Shown piece by piece: positions 50,809 to 60,967 of a DNA stretch of 64,000 nt. Source of the stretch: Sumerlaeia bacterium. Its GTDB lineage: Bacteria > Sumerlaeota > Sumerlaeia > SLMS01 > JAHLLQ01. Positions within the stretch are counted from its first letter, which is position 1, and every line of letters starts with the position of its first letter. The stretch lies in contig JAVJSW010000030.1 of assembly GCA_040219255.1 (NCBI GenBank), positions 17,794 through 81,793 of the forward strand, written 5' to 3'. Position numbers and translations under genes: made by a program. Below the pieces are notes generated by a model. The model was not told the origin of the DNA. It saw only the letters and a program-made list of their open reading frames with translations, and did not search any database.

Positions 50809-51627
50809 ATGGCCGAAGTGTCCGCTCAGCCCATTGTCACACCGGATTTGCCGCTCGGGTTCCGGCGCGGTTTGCAGGCGCCGTTCCGGGCGCTGCGTTA
50901 CCTTCTGACACGCCCCAAGTGCGTTCTGATCCTGATGGCGCCCATCGCCATCGTCGTGCTGTTGCTGCTGCCGCTGACCTACGAAGGCATCATGGCGTTT
51001 CTGTTCAATCCGCTTGAGCAGTTTTTGCCCGTTCAGGGCCAGGGCCTTGTCAAGGACGCCCTCTATTGGCTGGGGCTGGGGGCGCTGTGGATCATGGTGG
51101 CGGCGTTGCTGCTGATCGCGTTCCTGCTTTACACGGCCATCGTGGCGGCGCCGTTTCACGATTATGTGTCGGAGTTGATCGAGCGCGAGCAATTGGCCGG
51201 CCGGCCCGATCTGACGGCGCCGGGAATGCCCCTGATGCGGTCGGTGGTGTATTCGCTGGGCGAAGCCCTGATGCGGGTTCTGATCGCCATTCCGGTGGTC
51301 GTGACGCTGTTGTGCCTGAACTTGATTCCGTTCGTTGGAACGGGCGTTTCGGCCATCGGAAACCTGATGTTCGCGGCGGCGTTCTTGGCATTGGATTCGT
51401 TCACCTACAGCTTTGACCGACGCCACGTGAAGATGCGCCGAAAATGGAAATGGGTACGCGAGCACTTCAAGTACGCGGTGGGATTCGGCCTGCCGTTCGT
51501 GCCGATTCCGTGCGCGCTGATTCTGGCGCCGCCGCTGGGGGCCGTGGCGGCCACATTGGATTACTGCGATTTGCTGAAGTCAGCGAACCCGGCGCCCGGG
51601 GCGGTGAAAGCCAAGAGCATTGATTAG
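50809..51627 (+). CDS. EI24/CysZ-like membrane protein
   Basis: IVAAPF.D..SE, L.LIPFVG, D.F.Y..DR, PP....AAT. Confidence 0.7.
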   Translation: MAEVSAQPIVTPDLPLGFRRGLQAPFRALRYLLTRPKCVLILMAPIAIVVLLLLPLTYEGIMAFLFNPLEQFLPVQGQGLVKDALYWLGLGALWIMVAALLLIAFLLYTAIVAAPFHDYVSELIEREQLAGRPDLTAPGMPLMRSVVYSLGEALMRVLIAIPVVVTLLCLNLIPFVGTGVSAIGNLMFAAAFLALDSFTYSFDRRHVKMRRKWKWVREHFKYAVGFGLPFVPIPCALILAPPLGAVAATLDYCDLLKSANPAPGAVKAKSID

Positions 51628-53483
51628 CGCGCCATCGCGGCGAATTCCACCGAGACGGGCGGGCTGGCGCCGCCCTCGCCCGCGCGGTTGACCGGGATTA
51701 CCTGATACTCCCAGACGCCATGCGGTTCGCGGTGTTGCAGGGCGGCGCTGTCTTGCAGACTCATGCCCACCTCGTGCCATTTGTCCTCGCCGGATTTGCG
51801 GCGGCGGATGCGATAACCCGCGACGAGGCCTCCCGTTTCCGGCGGCGTCCAATCCAGAATCACCCATCCTCGTCCGTGGTGCGGGGCGGAGAGAGCCTCC
51901 ACGGAGCCGGGAGCTTCGTGGGCTTTGGCGGCGGGGCCTTCCTCCGGCTCGATTTCCTCGGCCACGAGACGCTTGCGCAGGGCTTTCATGAGGCCAAAGC
52001 ACATGAAGCCCAGCACCACCGCGAAGGGCAGACCGATGGTGATGGCGGCGGTTTGCAGGGCCTTGAGCCCTCCCCCGAGAAGGAGCACACCGGCGACGAC
52101 GCCCTCGAGCACGGCCCAAAAGATGCGCTGGCCCACCGGCGGATTGGTGTGGCCTCCGGCCGAGATGATGTCGATGACGAGCGAACCGGAGTCCGAGGAG
52201 GTGACGAAAAAGGTGACGACCACGAGCACGCCGATGAGAGACGTGATCATCGCAAGCGGATATTTCTTGAGCAGCACAAAAAGGGCGGTCGCCACGTTCT
52301 CGTCCACCGCCGCCGCGATTCCACCGTCGCGGAAGAGCTCCTCGAAAATGGCGGAGTTGCCGAACACCGTGATCCAGATAAAGGTCAAAATCGTGGGCGC
52401 GAAAAGCACCGCCACGAGGAATTCGCGGATGGTGCGGCCCCGGGAAATCTGGGCGATGAACATGCCGACAAACGGCGACCAGGAAATCCACCAGCCCCAG
52501 TAGAAGATCGTCCAATTGTCGCGCCAGCCCGTGTCGGCGTAGGCCTCGGTCCAGGTGCTCAAGCGCGGCAGGTCACCGAGGTAAGCTCCGGTGTTCTGGA
52601 CGAAGGAATCGAGCAGAAAAAGCGTCGGCCCCACGATGAAGACCACGAGGAGTAGCGTCCCGGCGAGGTAGAGGTTGATTTCGCTGAGCCGCCGGATGCC
52701 GGCGTCGAGCCCGAGGACCACGGACAGGGTCGCCAATGCGGTGATGATCGCGATCAGGACGAGTTGGGTGGGCGTTTCGCCGCTGATGCCGAAGACGAAA
52801 TTGAGCCCGGCAGCGACCTGCTGAACACCAAAGCCCAGGGACGTCGCCACGCCGAACAGTGTCGCCACCACGGCCACCATGTCGATCAGGTCGCCGATGG
52901 GGCCATAGATGCGCTTGCCGAGGATGGGATGAAAGACCGAGCGAATCGTCATCGGCAAGCCACGGTTGTAGCTGAAATACGCCAGCGCCAACCCCACGAT
53001 GGAATAGATCGCCCACGGGTGGAGCCCCCAGTGATAGAAGGTGAGGCGCATGGCTTGGCGCGCGGCGGCGGCGGTGGAACCTTCGCCGGTGGGGGGGCTG
53101 CCGAAGTGGGTGATGGGTTCGGCAACACTCCAGAAGACAAGGCCGATGCCCATGCCCGCGCTGAAAAGCATCGCCAGCCAGGCGAAGAAGCTGAAGTCCG
53201 GTTCGGCGTCGCGGCCTCCGAGCCGGATGCGGCCGTAGGGGCTGAGCATCAGGTAGATCGAAAACACCAGAACGGCGTCCACGACGAGGATGTAGAACCA
53301 CCCGGCATAGCGCGAGATGCCTGATTGGACGCTGCCCAGGGCGGAGCCCATGGAGCTGGAGAAAATCAAGCCCAGGGCCACGAAGAGGAGAATCAGTCCC
53401 GCCGCGCCGAAAAACACGCGGGCGTTGACCTCCATGCCAAACTTCTCGCGCAGCATGGGGCTGCTCAATTCCGGAGTTTTCAC
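51624..53483 (-). CDS. BCCT (betaine/choline/carnitine) transporter with C-terminal fibronectin type III domain
   Basis: MLFSAGMGIGL, HWGLHPWAIY, WTIFYWGWWISWSPFVGMFIA.IS.GRT, FFVTSSDSG; FN3-like tail. Confidence 0.93.
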   Translation of the reverse strand: MKTPELSSPMLREKFGMEVNARVFFGAAGLILLFVALGLIFSSSMGSALGSVQSGISRYAGWFYILVVDAVLVFSIYLMLSPYGRIRLGGRDAEPDFSFFAWLAMLFSAGMGIGLVFWSVAEPITHFGSPPTGEGSTAAAARQAMRLTFYHWGLHPWAIYSIVGLALAYFSYNRGLPMTIRSVFHPILGKRIYGPIGDLIDMVAVVATLFGVATSLGFGVQQVAAGLNFVFGISGETPTQLVLIAIITALATLSVVLGLDAGIRRLSEINLYLAGTLLLVVFIVGPTLFLLDSFVQNTGAYLGDLPRLSTWTEAYADTGWRDNWTIFYWGWWISWSPFVGMFIAQISRGRTIREFLVAVLFAPTILTFIWITVFGNSAIFEELFRDGGIAAAVDENVATALFVLLKKYPLAMITSLIGVLVVVTFFVTSSDSGSLVIDIISAGGHTNPPVGQRIFWAVLEGVVAGVLLLGGGLKALQTAAITIGLPFAVVLGFMCFGLMKALRKRLVAEEIEPEEGPAAKAHEAPGSVEALSAPHHGRGWVILDWTPPETGGLVAGYRIRRRKSGEDKWHEVGMSLQDSAALQHREPHGVWEYQVIPVNRAGEGGASPPVSVEFAAMAR

Positions 53484-53587
53484 AAACGACGCCCTCCCAA
53501 GGTTCGAACCGACTTACTCTGAAAGCGGCACCGTGAGCCTAAACGCGGGAGGGCGGGGAATTCAAGGGCGCGGTTTGAAAGGGGGGA

Positions 53588-54109
53588 TCAGAGGTAGTCC
53601 ACAGCCCCCGACAAATCGAGTATCGTGTCCTCTAGAACCTTCATCCGCATCGGTGCGAAGGGATCGCCGTGGTCGCGGTGGGTGGTCAGGGTTTCGCCGT
53701 TCTCGTAGTAGGAGATGATCGTGTTGGGTCGGCCGACGGGGGCTGGTTCGGTGAACTCTTCGGCCAGTTCGGGGAATTTCACGTCCTGGAATTCGGCGCG
53801 GATGCCCTGGATGCGGTCGGGGGCGATGCGCCATTGGTGCCAACCCGGCTTGGCGACGTTCTTCACGCCCTGCCAGGACACGGTGCCGTCGGCGTCGATC
53901 AGGAGCCGGAACGCGGCGCCTCCGCCATAGCTGGCTTGGCGTTCCATGGTGATGGCCATGTCTTCGGACAGTTCCTCGGACATGGAGATTTCCGTGGGGG
54001 TGCGTTCGCCGGGGGGGAGAGCCTTGCGCCCACAGCCGGCGGCCAGGAAGCCGAAGGCGACGACGCCGGACCAAACCATCAAAACCGAGAAGCGAATCAC
54101 TGAGCCCAT
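53588..54109 (-). CDS. Hypothetical lipoprotein (DUF6438-like)
   Basis: Lipobox AAGC; ITMER....G....F.L.I.ADG.V.W.G. Confidence 0.6.
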   Translation of the reverse strand: MGSVIRFSVLMVWSGVVAFGFLAAGCGRKALPPGERTPTEISMSEELSEDMAITMERQASYGGGAAFRLLIDADGTVSWQGVKNVAKPGWHQWRIAPDRIQGIRAEFQDVKFPELAEEFTEPAPVGRPNTIISYYENGETLTTHRDHGDPFAPMRMKVLEDTILDLSGAVDYL

Positions 54110-54320
54110 CGTAGTAAAGACCTCGCGGAGAAGAATTGTATCACGGGCTAAGGGACAAAGGAAGCCGCACGGACGTTCCCGCGTGGCAGACAAATCCTCG
54201 GGGGATTTCGCGGCGGCGATCACCGTCCGATCGCTGTCGGTGGGGTTTGGCTTGCGGTTGATGGGGCGCGGGCGGGAAGGCTGGGGGCCTTGCCCGGCTG
54301 GGCGGCGAGAGGGTTGAGCA

Positions 54321-55319
54321 ATGACGGCGGATCTGAAATTGGCATTTGTCACCGGCGGGACGGGCTTTGTGGGGGGGCATTTGTGCAATCGGCTGCGGGA
54401 GACCGGCTTCACGGTGCGGGCCCTCGCGCGTCGCGGTTCGCGGCGTGGGGCGCTGGAGGCGTTGGGCTGCGAGTTGGTGGAGGGGGACCTGAGTGACGAG
54501 GAGGCCCTGCGCCGCGGGGCGCAGGGCGCGAGCGTGGTACTGCACGTGGCGGGTTTGACGAAGACGGCACGCCCCGATGCCTTTCTCGAGGTGAACGGCG
54601 AGGGGACGAAAAACGTCTTGATCGCGGCGCAGGAAGCCGGTTTCACCGGCCGTTTCGTGTTGCTGAGCAGCCTCGCCGCGGCCGGTCCGGCGCGCGATGA
54701 GGCGACGCCCCGCACCGCCGCCGATCCACTCCGGCCCGTCAGCGACTACGGCCGCAGCAAGCGGCTGGGCGAGCAATACGCCGAGCACGCCCGGTCCGCC
54801 TTTCCGGTGACGATTCTGCGGCCCGGCGCGATCTATGGCCCGGGCGAGCGCGATATCTACGAAATGATCAAGCCGGTGGCGAAGACCGGGCTGAGCGTGG
54901 AAGCCGGTCCGCCGATCCGGGTCCAGATGACTCACGTGGAAGACGTGGTGGAGGCCCTTCTGGTGGCTGCGCAGCGGCCGGAGGCGGCAAATCAGACGTA
55001 CTTCGTAAACGATACGCAGGCCTGGACGGTGGCGGAAATCATGGATCTGGTGGGGGAGATTCTCGAACGCAAGGTGCGCCATGTGCGGCTGCCGCTGGCG
55101 GCGGGGCGGGGTTTGGCGGCGGTGCTCGATGGCGTGGGCAAACTGCGGGGCAAGCCTGTGTCGCCCCTGACACGGGACAAAATGCGCGAGGTGGCGGGCG
55201 GGTCCTGGATTGCGGACAGTACGCCCTTCGCTCAGGAATGCGGCTGGCGCGCGAAGTGGGCATTGCCCGACGGCCTGCGCCAGACTCTGCGGTGGTACCG
55301 CGCGGAAGGCTGGCTGTGA
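54321..55319 (+). CDS. NAD-dependent epimerase/dehydratase (extended SDR)
   Basis: VTGGTGFVG, SSLAA, YGRSK, RP..IYGP. Confidence 0.9.
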   Translation: MTADLKLAFVTGGTGFVGGHLCNRLRETGFTVRALARRGSRRGALEALGCELVEGDLSDEEALRRGAQGASVVLHVAGLTKTARPDAFLEVNGEGTKNVLIAAQEAGFTGRFVLLSSLAAAGPARDEATPRTAADPLRPVSDYGRSKRLGEQYAEHARSAFPVTILRPGAIYGPGERDIYEMIKPVAKTGLSVEAGPPIRVQMTHVEDVVEALLVAAQRPEAANQTYFVNDTQAWTVAEIMDLVGEILERKVRHVRLPLAAGRGLAAVLDGVGKLRGKPVSPLTRDKMREVAGGSWIADSTPFAQECGWRAKWALPDGLRQTLRWYRAEGWL

Positions 55320-56461
55320 AACGCATCCTCCTGGATGCCCGTTACCTCGACGGCTCCTTTTCCGGCATCGCGACGTACAGCCGATGCTTGCTCGAACACC
55401 TCGCCCAGGTGGATAAGGAGAACCATTACCAGGTGATCGTGCGGCCGAGCTTCAACGGCGACATTCAACTGGGCGAGAATTTCGAGCTGTTGTCCTGGAA
55501 ACCGCGCCCCATCAGCCTCCAGACCGTGATCCGGCTGCATGATTTCACGAACGAACTCAACCCGGACATTTTTCACGCGCTGCACCCGATGACGCCTGTC
55601 TTTCACGAGGGAAACATGATGGTGACGGTTCACGATATGCAACCGTTCACCGATCCGAATTTCCACGGACGGCGATTGCGGCCGATTCGCAATCTGTATC
55701 GCAACTTCTACCGCTGGGCCTATCCGAACGCGTTCAGCCGCGCGAAGTGGATCCTGTGCGTCAGTTACGCCACCCGCGACGACATGGCGCGGCTGTTGCC
55801 GGGGACGGTGCCGAAGCTGGTGGTCGTGCCGTCGGGCCTTGAGGTGCCCCTGGAGGAACCGCTCGACGATGAATACGTGCAGTCGGTGCTGACCAAGCAC
55901 GACCTGCGCGGGCCCTATTTAATCTACTATGGATCGACGAGGCCGAACAAGAATCTGCCGAACATGGTGCGGGCGTTTTCCCGTTTGCGGGCGGAAAACC
56001 CGCGCGGCGAAGGGCCCCGCGATCTGACCCTGGTGCTCGTGGTGCGGCGCGACCGGTTCTTTCGCGATGTGGAGCGCGTCATTCAGCACGAGGGTCTGGG
56101 AGAGGCGGTCAAGGTACTGCCCCCCGTTTCCCAGAAAAACAAGCAGGTCCTTCTGAAATCGGCCGCCGCGATGGCGTTTGTGACCAAGCACGAAGGTTTT
56201 GGCTTTCCGCCGCTGGAGGCTATGGCGGCTGGGGTGCCGGTGGTGGCGGGCAAGAGCGGTTCGCTGCCGGAGGTGCTTGGCAGTGCGGCCCAGTGGGCGG
56301 ATCCGGAGGATCCGGCGGACATGGCGGCGGCGTTCGCCGAAGTGCTGGACAATGAGAAGTTGCGCGCCCGTCTGATCAAGCGCGGCCACGAGCGTGCGGG
56401 GGCGTTTTCCTGGACCGATGCCGCGCTGCGCGTGCGCGATATCTACAACCTGCTGTTTTAG
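55316..56461 (+). CDS. GT4-family glycosyltransferase
   Basis: GTGA overlap with upstream gene; TVHD, PNKN, EGFGFPPLEAMA.G.PV. Confidence 0.92.
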   Translation: MKRILLDARYLDGSFSGIATYSRCLLEHLAQVDKENHYQVIVRPSFNGDIQLGENFELLSWKPRPISLQTVIRLHDFTNELNPDIFHALHPMTPVFHEGNMMVTVHDMQPFTDPNFHGRRLRPIRNLYRNFYRWAYPNAFSRAKWILCVSYATRDDMARLLPGTVPKLVVVPSGLEVPLEEPLDDEYVQSVLTKHDLRGPYLIYYGSTRPNKNLPNMVRAFSRLRAENPRGEGPRDLTLVLVVRRDRFFRDVERVIQHEGLGEAVKVLPPVSQKNKQVLLKSAAAMAFVTKHEGFGFPPLEAMAAGVPVVAGKSGSLPEVLGSAAQWADPEDPADMAAAFAEVLDNEKLRARLIKRGHERAGAFSWTDAALRVRDIYNLLF

Positions 56462-56479
56462 AAGCCTACTCAGAAAGAA

Positions 56480-59092
56480 ATGGCCGAAACCTTGGCACGC
56501 CCGAGTTCCCATCGCACGTCGTTTCCGCTGGCCGGGTTGTTCTGGCTGGACTTTTTGCGGCTGGTTCGCGGGTGGCGATGGCGGGCGGTGATGGGCGTGG
56601 CGATGGTTGGCAGTTATCTGCTCGACCGGTTCGCCGGGGATTTCGGGCCAGGGGCCAGCGTGGCTTTTCCCGGTGGTCAGGCGGGCCTGTGGGCGGCGGG
56701 GCTGTTCCTGGGCCTGGGGGCGATGGTGGTGGCGGTGGATTTGTGCGGCCAGGACGACCGCTATCGCGCGGCCCAAATGGCCGAGGCCCTGCCGCGCCCG
56801 GTGGCGAGCCTGCAAGTGGGCCGGTTCCTGGCGCTGTGGGTGGCGATGGCGCTGCCCGGAGCCTTCGTCTGTGCCTGGCCGTGGATTAGCCATCCGCTCT
56901 CGGCGCTCTCCGCCAGCCACGGAATCGACCCGGCGCCGTCCTGGGCGTTTTGGGGAGCGATCTTGCTGCCGCTGCTGGCCTTCGGTTGCGCGGCGGGCAT
57001 GGCGGCGCGGGGGCTTCTGCGTAACGAGGCGTCCGCGGTGCTGCTCGGCGGTGTGTTGGTGGCGCCGGGATTGTGGGCGGCTTATGGCGTGGGCGATCCG
57101 GCGGAGATTTTCCTGACGGCTTCGCGCTCCCTGGGGCTATTGGTGCCGGGTTCGGTGCTGGTGGACCAGGCGCTGGGGCTGCTGAGTTTAGCCGCACTGC
57201 TGCTGGCAGGGGCGGTGGGGGCCATGGCGCATCGGCCGCGCCGGTGGCGGGTGCTGGGGAGGCCCGGTTGGCCGTTGGCGACGGCGGGGGTCTTCGCGGT
57301 GATGCTGCTGGTGGGTTTGCCGGGTGCGCGCTGGATCGCCACGGTACGTCCGGTGCCCACGATGGAGGCCGACTGGCAGGCTGCCCGGGAACCGGCGGGG
57401 GCGGGTGGGGTGGTGCTGCCGCCGAGGATTCTGGCTCGCCGCCTGACCATCGCTCCGGCTGGGGAGGGAGCTGACGTGCTGGCAGAGTTTGACTTAGCCG
57501 CCGTTCTTTCCGAACCACAAGGCCTCGCCGCCCTGACCTTTGGCCCGGCGCTAGAGGTCTTCTCGGCCGAGCGTGACGGAGGCGCCGTGGCCCGTCTCGC
57601 TCCGCATGCGTCAGCCGGCCTTCCGGGTAGCGCCGTCTTTCAGTTCCAGCCTCCCCTCGATCCCGCCTCGACGACCACGCTGCGGGTCCGCCTGCGCGTG
57701 GCGCCCAACGCCGAGAGGCTCTGGGCCAAGACGACCCATCCGGCCTACGCGCGCTTCGATGGCGCGCCGTTTTGGTTTGGCGCGGGGCTGAGCCTGAACT
57801 ACTCCTTCGCCGATTGGAGCATTTCGCCCCAGCCCGCGCCCTTCGGGCTCGAATTGCCGGACCTGGGCGAGCGCCGCTGGGTCGCCGGCTCGGCGGTCGA
57901 GGCCCCCGGCGCCGCACCCGGCAGGGTACGTCTTGTCCAGCCCCGCTCCGCCCTGCCCGATGCGCTCTTCGCCGCCGAACTCTACGAAAGCCGCGCCACG
58001 CATGCGGGGCTCGAACTGCGCTTCCTTGTCCTGCCCGAACACCGGGCGCTCGCCGACGCGTTCCAGGTGATCTGGGCGCGGCGCTTCGAGCGCATCGCCC
58101 GGGTCTTCGACGCCGCTGAGGCCCCGCTGCCACTTCTGACCTACTATGAAACGCCCCAGCAGGACCCGGCGAACCCGATGGCGATGCCGTCGGCGCTGCT
58201 GGATCGGCTGGGGGCGGAACTGGCCGACTATGACGATTTCGAAGACCCCACGGCGCCGATCTTCGACGAAGCGCTGATCCCCTTGCACGCGGGGGCGGTG
58301 GCCCAGTTGTGGTCGGGGGCCTTTGCCTCCTTCGAGCACCCGGAACTGATGCGTGACGCCCTCGCCGCATACCTGCACGAGTTCGGTCTGGCCAGCGGCC
58401 AGACGCGGCGTATCACGCGGCTGCGGCGCGAGTTCGTGCTGGTGCCGTGGGATCTGGCGCGCCAGCCGAACCAGTACCCCTTCGACCTGATGCCGCGCGA
58501 CGAGGCGGGGTGGCGGGGGGCGCTCTTCGCCGGCGCCCGCGACCGCGCGGCCCCGCCGCCGGACCCGCGCCGCGCCGTCGCGTTTCATCACATGCTGCGG
58601 GGCCTGATCGGCGAGGAGGCCTTCCTGCGGACGCTGCACACGCTACTGAGCGATCGCGCCGGCCAGCGCCTGCGTCTGGAAGATTACCGCCACGCCGCCG
58701 AAGCGGCCCACGGCGAGGGCTTGGGCTGGTTTTTCGATCAATGGCTGCGCGAAGGCGTCGTGCCCGAGTTGCGGCTGGTCGAGGCTCAGGTGGTCCTCGC
58801 CGAAAACCCCAACTCGCGGAACCTGGAATACACCACGAAAGTCGTTTTCGAAAACATCGGCAACGGCCGCGTGCCGGTGCCGGTGGTGCTGCAAACCGAG
58901 TCGGATCAAGTCACTGAGCAAGTCACCATCACTCCCGGCGAGCGGCGCGACCTGACGTTCGTCACGCGCGACCGCCCCCTCGCCGTGGTCCTCGACCCGC
59001 TGGGCTGGGTAGCGCAGATGCCGCCCTTCAACGAAGCCGCCAAACGCCCAATCCACCCGCAGATTTTCTTGAAGACGGTGAAGGAGTTGTGA
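56480..59092 (+). CDS. ABC-2-permease-like membrane domain fused to a degenerate M1-aminopeptidase-like domain
   Basis: N-terminal TM bundle; C-terminal HMLR.LIGEEAF...L.WFFDQW and V.LDP..W typical of M1; HExxH absent. Confidence 0.65.
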   Translation: MAETLARPSSHRTSFPLAGLFWLDFLRLVRGWRWRAVMGVAMVGSYLLDRFAGDFGPGASVAFPGGQAGLWAAGLFLGLGAMVVAVDLCGQDDRYRAAQMAEALPRPVASLQVGRFLALWVAMALPGAFVCAWPWISHPLSALSASHGIDPAPSWAFWGAILLPLLAFGCAAGMAARGLLRNEASAVLLGGVLVAPGLWAAYGVGDPAEIFLTASRSLGLLVPGSVLVDQALGLLSLAALLLAGAVGAMAHRPRRWRVLGRPGWPLATAGVFAVMLLVGLPGARWIATVRPVPTMEADWQAAREPAGAGGVVLPPRILARRLTIAPAGEGADVLAEFDLAAVLSEPQGLAALTFGPALEVFSAERDGGAVARLAPHASAGLPGSAVFQFQPPLDPASTTTLRVRLRVAPNAERLWAKTTHPAYARFDGAPFWFGAGLSLNYSFADWSISPQPAPFGLELPDLGERRWVAGSAVEAPGAAPGRVRLVQPRSALPDALFAAELYESRATHAGLELRFLVLPEHRALADAFQVIWARRFERIARVFDAAEAPLPLLTYYETPQQDPANPMAMPSALLDRLGAELADYDDFEDPTAPIFDEALIPLHAGAVAQLWSGAFASFEHPELMRDALAAYLHEFGLASGQTRRITRLRREFVLVPWDLARQPNQYPFDLMPRDEAGWRGALFAGARDRAAPPPDPRRAVAFHHMLRGLIGEEAFLRTLHTLLSDRAGQRLRLEDYRHAAEAAHGEGLGWFFDQWLREGVVPELRLVEAQVVLAENPNSRNLEYTTKVVFENIGNGRVPVPVVLQTESDQVTEQVTITPGERRDLTFVTRDRPLAVVLDPLGWVAQMPPFNEAAKRPIHPQIFLKTVKEL

Positions 59093-59428
59093 GTGTCACT
59101 GGACAAGACCTCCCCACCTGAAGAGAGCATAGCAAGACAAAAACTTGTGGCCCTTGCCTTGAGCCTCGCTGTAGCGAGCTTCGTTGGTTTTTTCGGGTCT
59201 TCTTGGAGTCTTTGTGGCAGTTTCTCAGGAAATGAGTCCCGATCTTTTTTTTATGCCTTCTTAAGTATCTTTATTTTCGTTTTTCCAATGGGATTGTATT
59301 GGTGTTTGAGGGAAGAGTTGGATTCTATTTTTCCTCGTCCCTTGCTTCGCCTCGTTGAGATTGGAGTCCACGCTGGAATCGGATTTGCCCACTATGTTGA
59401 GATTGGCCCAATTTCAATGGAGGGTTGA
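59093..59428 (+). CDS. Low-GC hypothetical membrane protein
   Basis: Three hydrophobic segments; atypical codon usage. Confidence 0.4.
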   Translation: MSLDKTSPPEESIARQKLVALALSLAVASFVGFFGSSWSLCGSFSGNESRSFFYAFLSIFIFVFPMGLYWCLREELDSIFPRPLLRLVEIGVHAGIGFAHYVEIGPISMEG

Positions 59429-59690
59429 GATTTTTTTCTACGTTTTTTTGTGATTTCTGCGTAATAGATCGACTGAAAAAATTTGGCTCAAGAGTCAAGA
59501 ATTGGCAAGACACAAAAGAGGGTTCTGCGAATGAATAATGAAGGGATTGCCACGCTGGCGAAGAACTATCTTGAGGCGCCAAACGAGGAGAATTTACGGA
59601 TTTTTTCCAGCCTCCTGTTTCCTAAAATTGTCGGTCTCACCCAGCTGTCAGAGACTCGTGACAATACGGCTTGGCTACCACCACCGCTCC

Positions 59691-59960
59691 TGTCAACGAT
59701 CACATCATTTGACCCCCCCACCACGCACGTCATGTTTTCTTCGTTTTCCGATCCCGCTGCCGGTAGCTCTCGCCCTCCAAGATCAGCAGGTGGCTGTGGT
59801 GCGTCAGGCGGTCGAGGGCCGCGCTGGCCATCAGCGGGTTGCCGAACACACCCGCCCATTCTTCGGGAGCGCGGTTGCTGGTGAGCAGGATCGAGCGCCG
59901 TTCGTAGCGCTCGCAGATCAGGTTGTACAGGTCCTCGTCGCCCTCAATGGGGCGGGAGCT
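59691..59960 (-). mobile_element. istB: IS21-family remnant: 3' end of istB plus right terminal IR
   Basis: DEDLYNLICERYERRSILLTSNR...W...FGNP..ASAALDRL.H......EGESYR (stop at 59730); IR TGTCAACGATCACATCATTTGACCCC at 59691. Confidence 0.85.
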
Positions 59961-60560
59961 TATGCCATGGGAATGTATGGTGGTCAGGAGTTGCTGACTG
60001 TTGAGGAGATCGTGGACGCCCGCAACGGAGGCCCCGATCAAATCATCACCATCGGCCAATCGCTCGATATTCTCCTGACGCCCTGCTTTCAGGCCCATCC
60101 CGTCGAGGCCAACGGGGCCCATATGGGGCCATCGATGGCGGACAGTATGACTCGTTTCCTGGGCGTCTTGCCAAGTCTTGGCAGTATTCGATCCTATGGG
60201 TACGATCTCTGGGCTTGGTGGACCACTGGGACCGACTCCGAGATGATCTTCGGCTTCCCCGGCAGTGAATGGAGCGGGTTCTGGGGCGGCGGGAATCGCC
60301 AGCCAAGCCCTGTCTATCGCTGGGACGATGTGGCTTTCGACAATCCGGATCGCCTTCCTCATGATCTTCAATGGCTTGTGGGCGAAGAGCATCGGCCAAG
60401 AGCTGAATGGATGGAAGAAAAGTATGCGTCACTCTACAACACCATGAACGTCAAACCCGCTCTGCTGACTCCTCCTGGAAACATTCAGACACCGGAGCAG
60501 AAATGGCAATTCTATCGCTGGCAGTACTTCCACACGAAGTCCCATACGGAACGCAATTGA
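59944..60560 (+). pseudogene. Probable 3' fragment of an unknown Trp-rich gene
   Basis: Protein-like reading frame starting at the istB breakpoint; lower GC than host genes. Confidence 0.4.
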
Positions 60561-60737
60561 CCCAGACAGTCCGGTAACGAGATAGAGGTCGAGTTGTCCG
60601 CAAGCCAACGCAACAGAAGCTAGGCGCCAACCCCAACTCCTCAAGCAGCGCCACGGCATTCATTCTGCCGCGGCGCTTTCGTCGTCGTGTCATGCCCATT
60701 GTCTGGCGGGGCACCGGAAAGGGACCGTCTGGCCGGT

Positions 60738-60772
60738 GCTCGGCTGGCGCAGCCGAGCCTCAACTTTTCTCT
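60738..60772 (+). terminator. Hairpin, possible terminator
   Basis: GCTCGGCTG-gcg-CAGCCGAGC followed by CTCAACTTTTCTCT. Confidence 0.4.
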
Positions 60773-60967
60773 TCCCTCCTCGTGCCCAACCAAGCTCTTT
60801 CGAGAAACCGCCCGACCGGCCCGGCGCGAGTTGAGTTGGGGAGCGGATCAGGGCCAATCTGGGATGCGGGTTGCCGCTGAACGGCGCGGATCGCGCGGAA
60901 GCTATGAAAAGACTTGCGCGAAACGGCCTTGCGCCGCCGCCGGGCTCGCCCAATCACTCGACCCATT

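Noticed and set aside
59538-60560. 340-aa plus-strand ORF and 220-aa minus-strand ORF as intact genes
   Set aside because: Both are chimeric read-throughs across the IS21 remnant junction.
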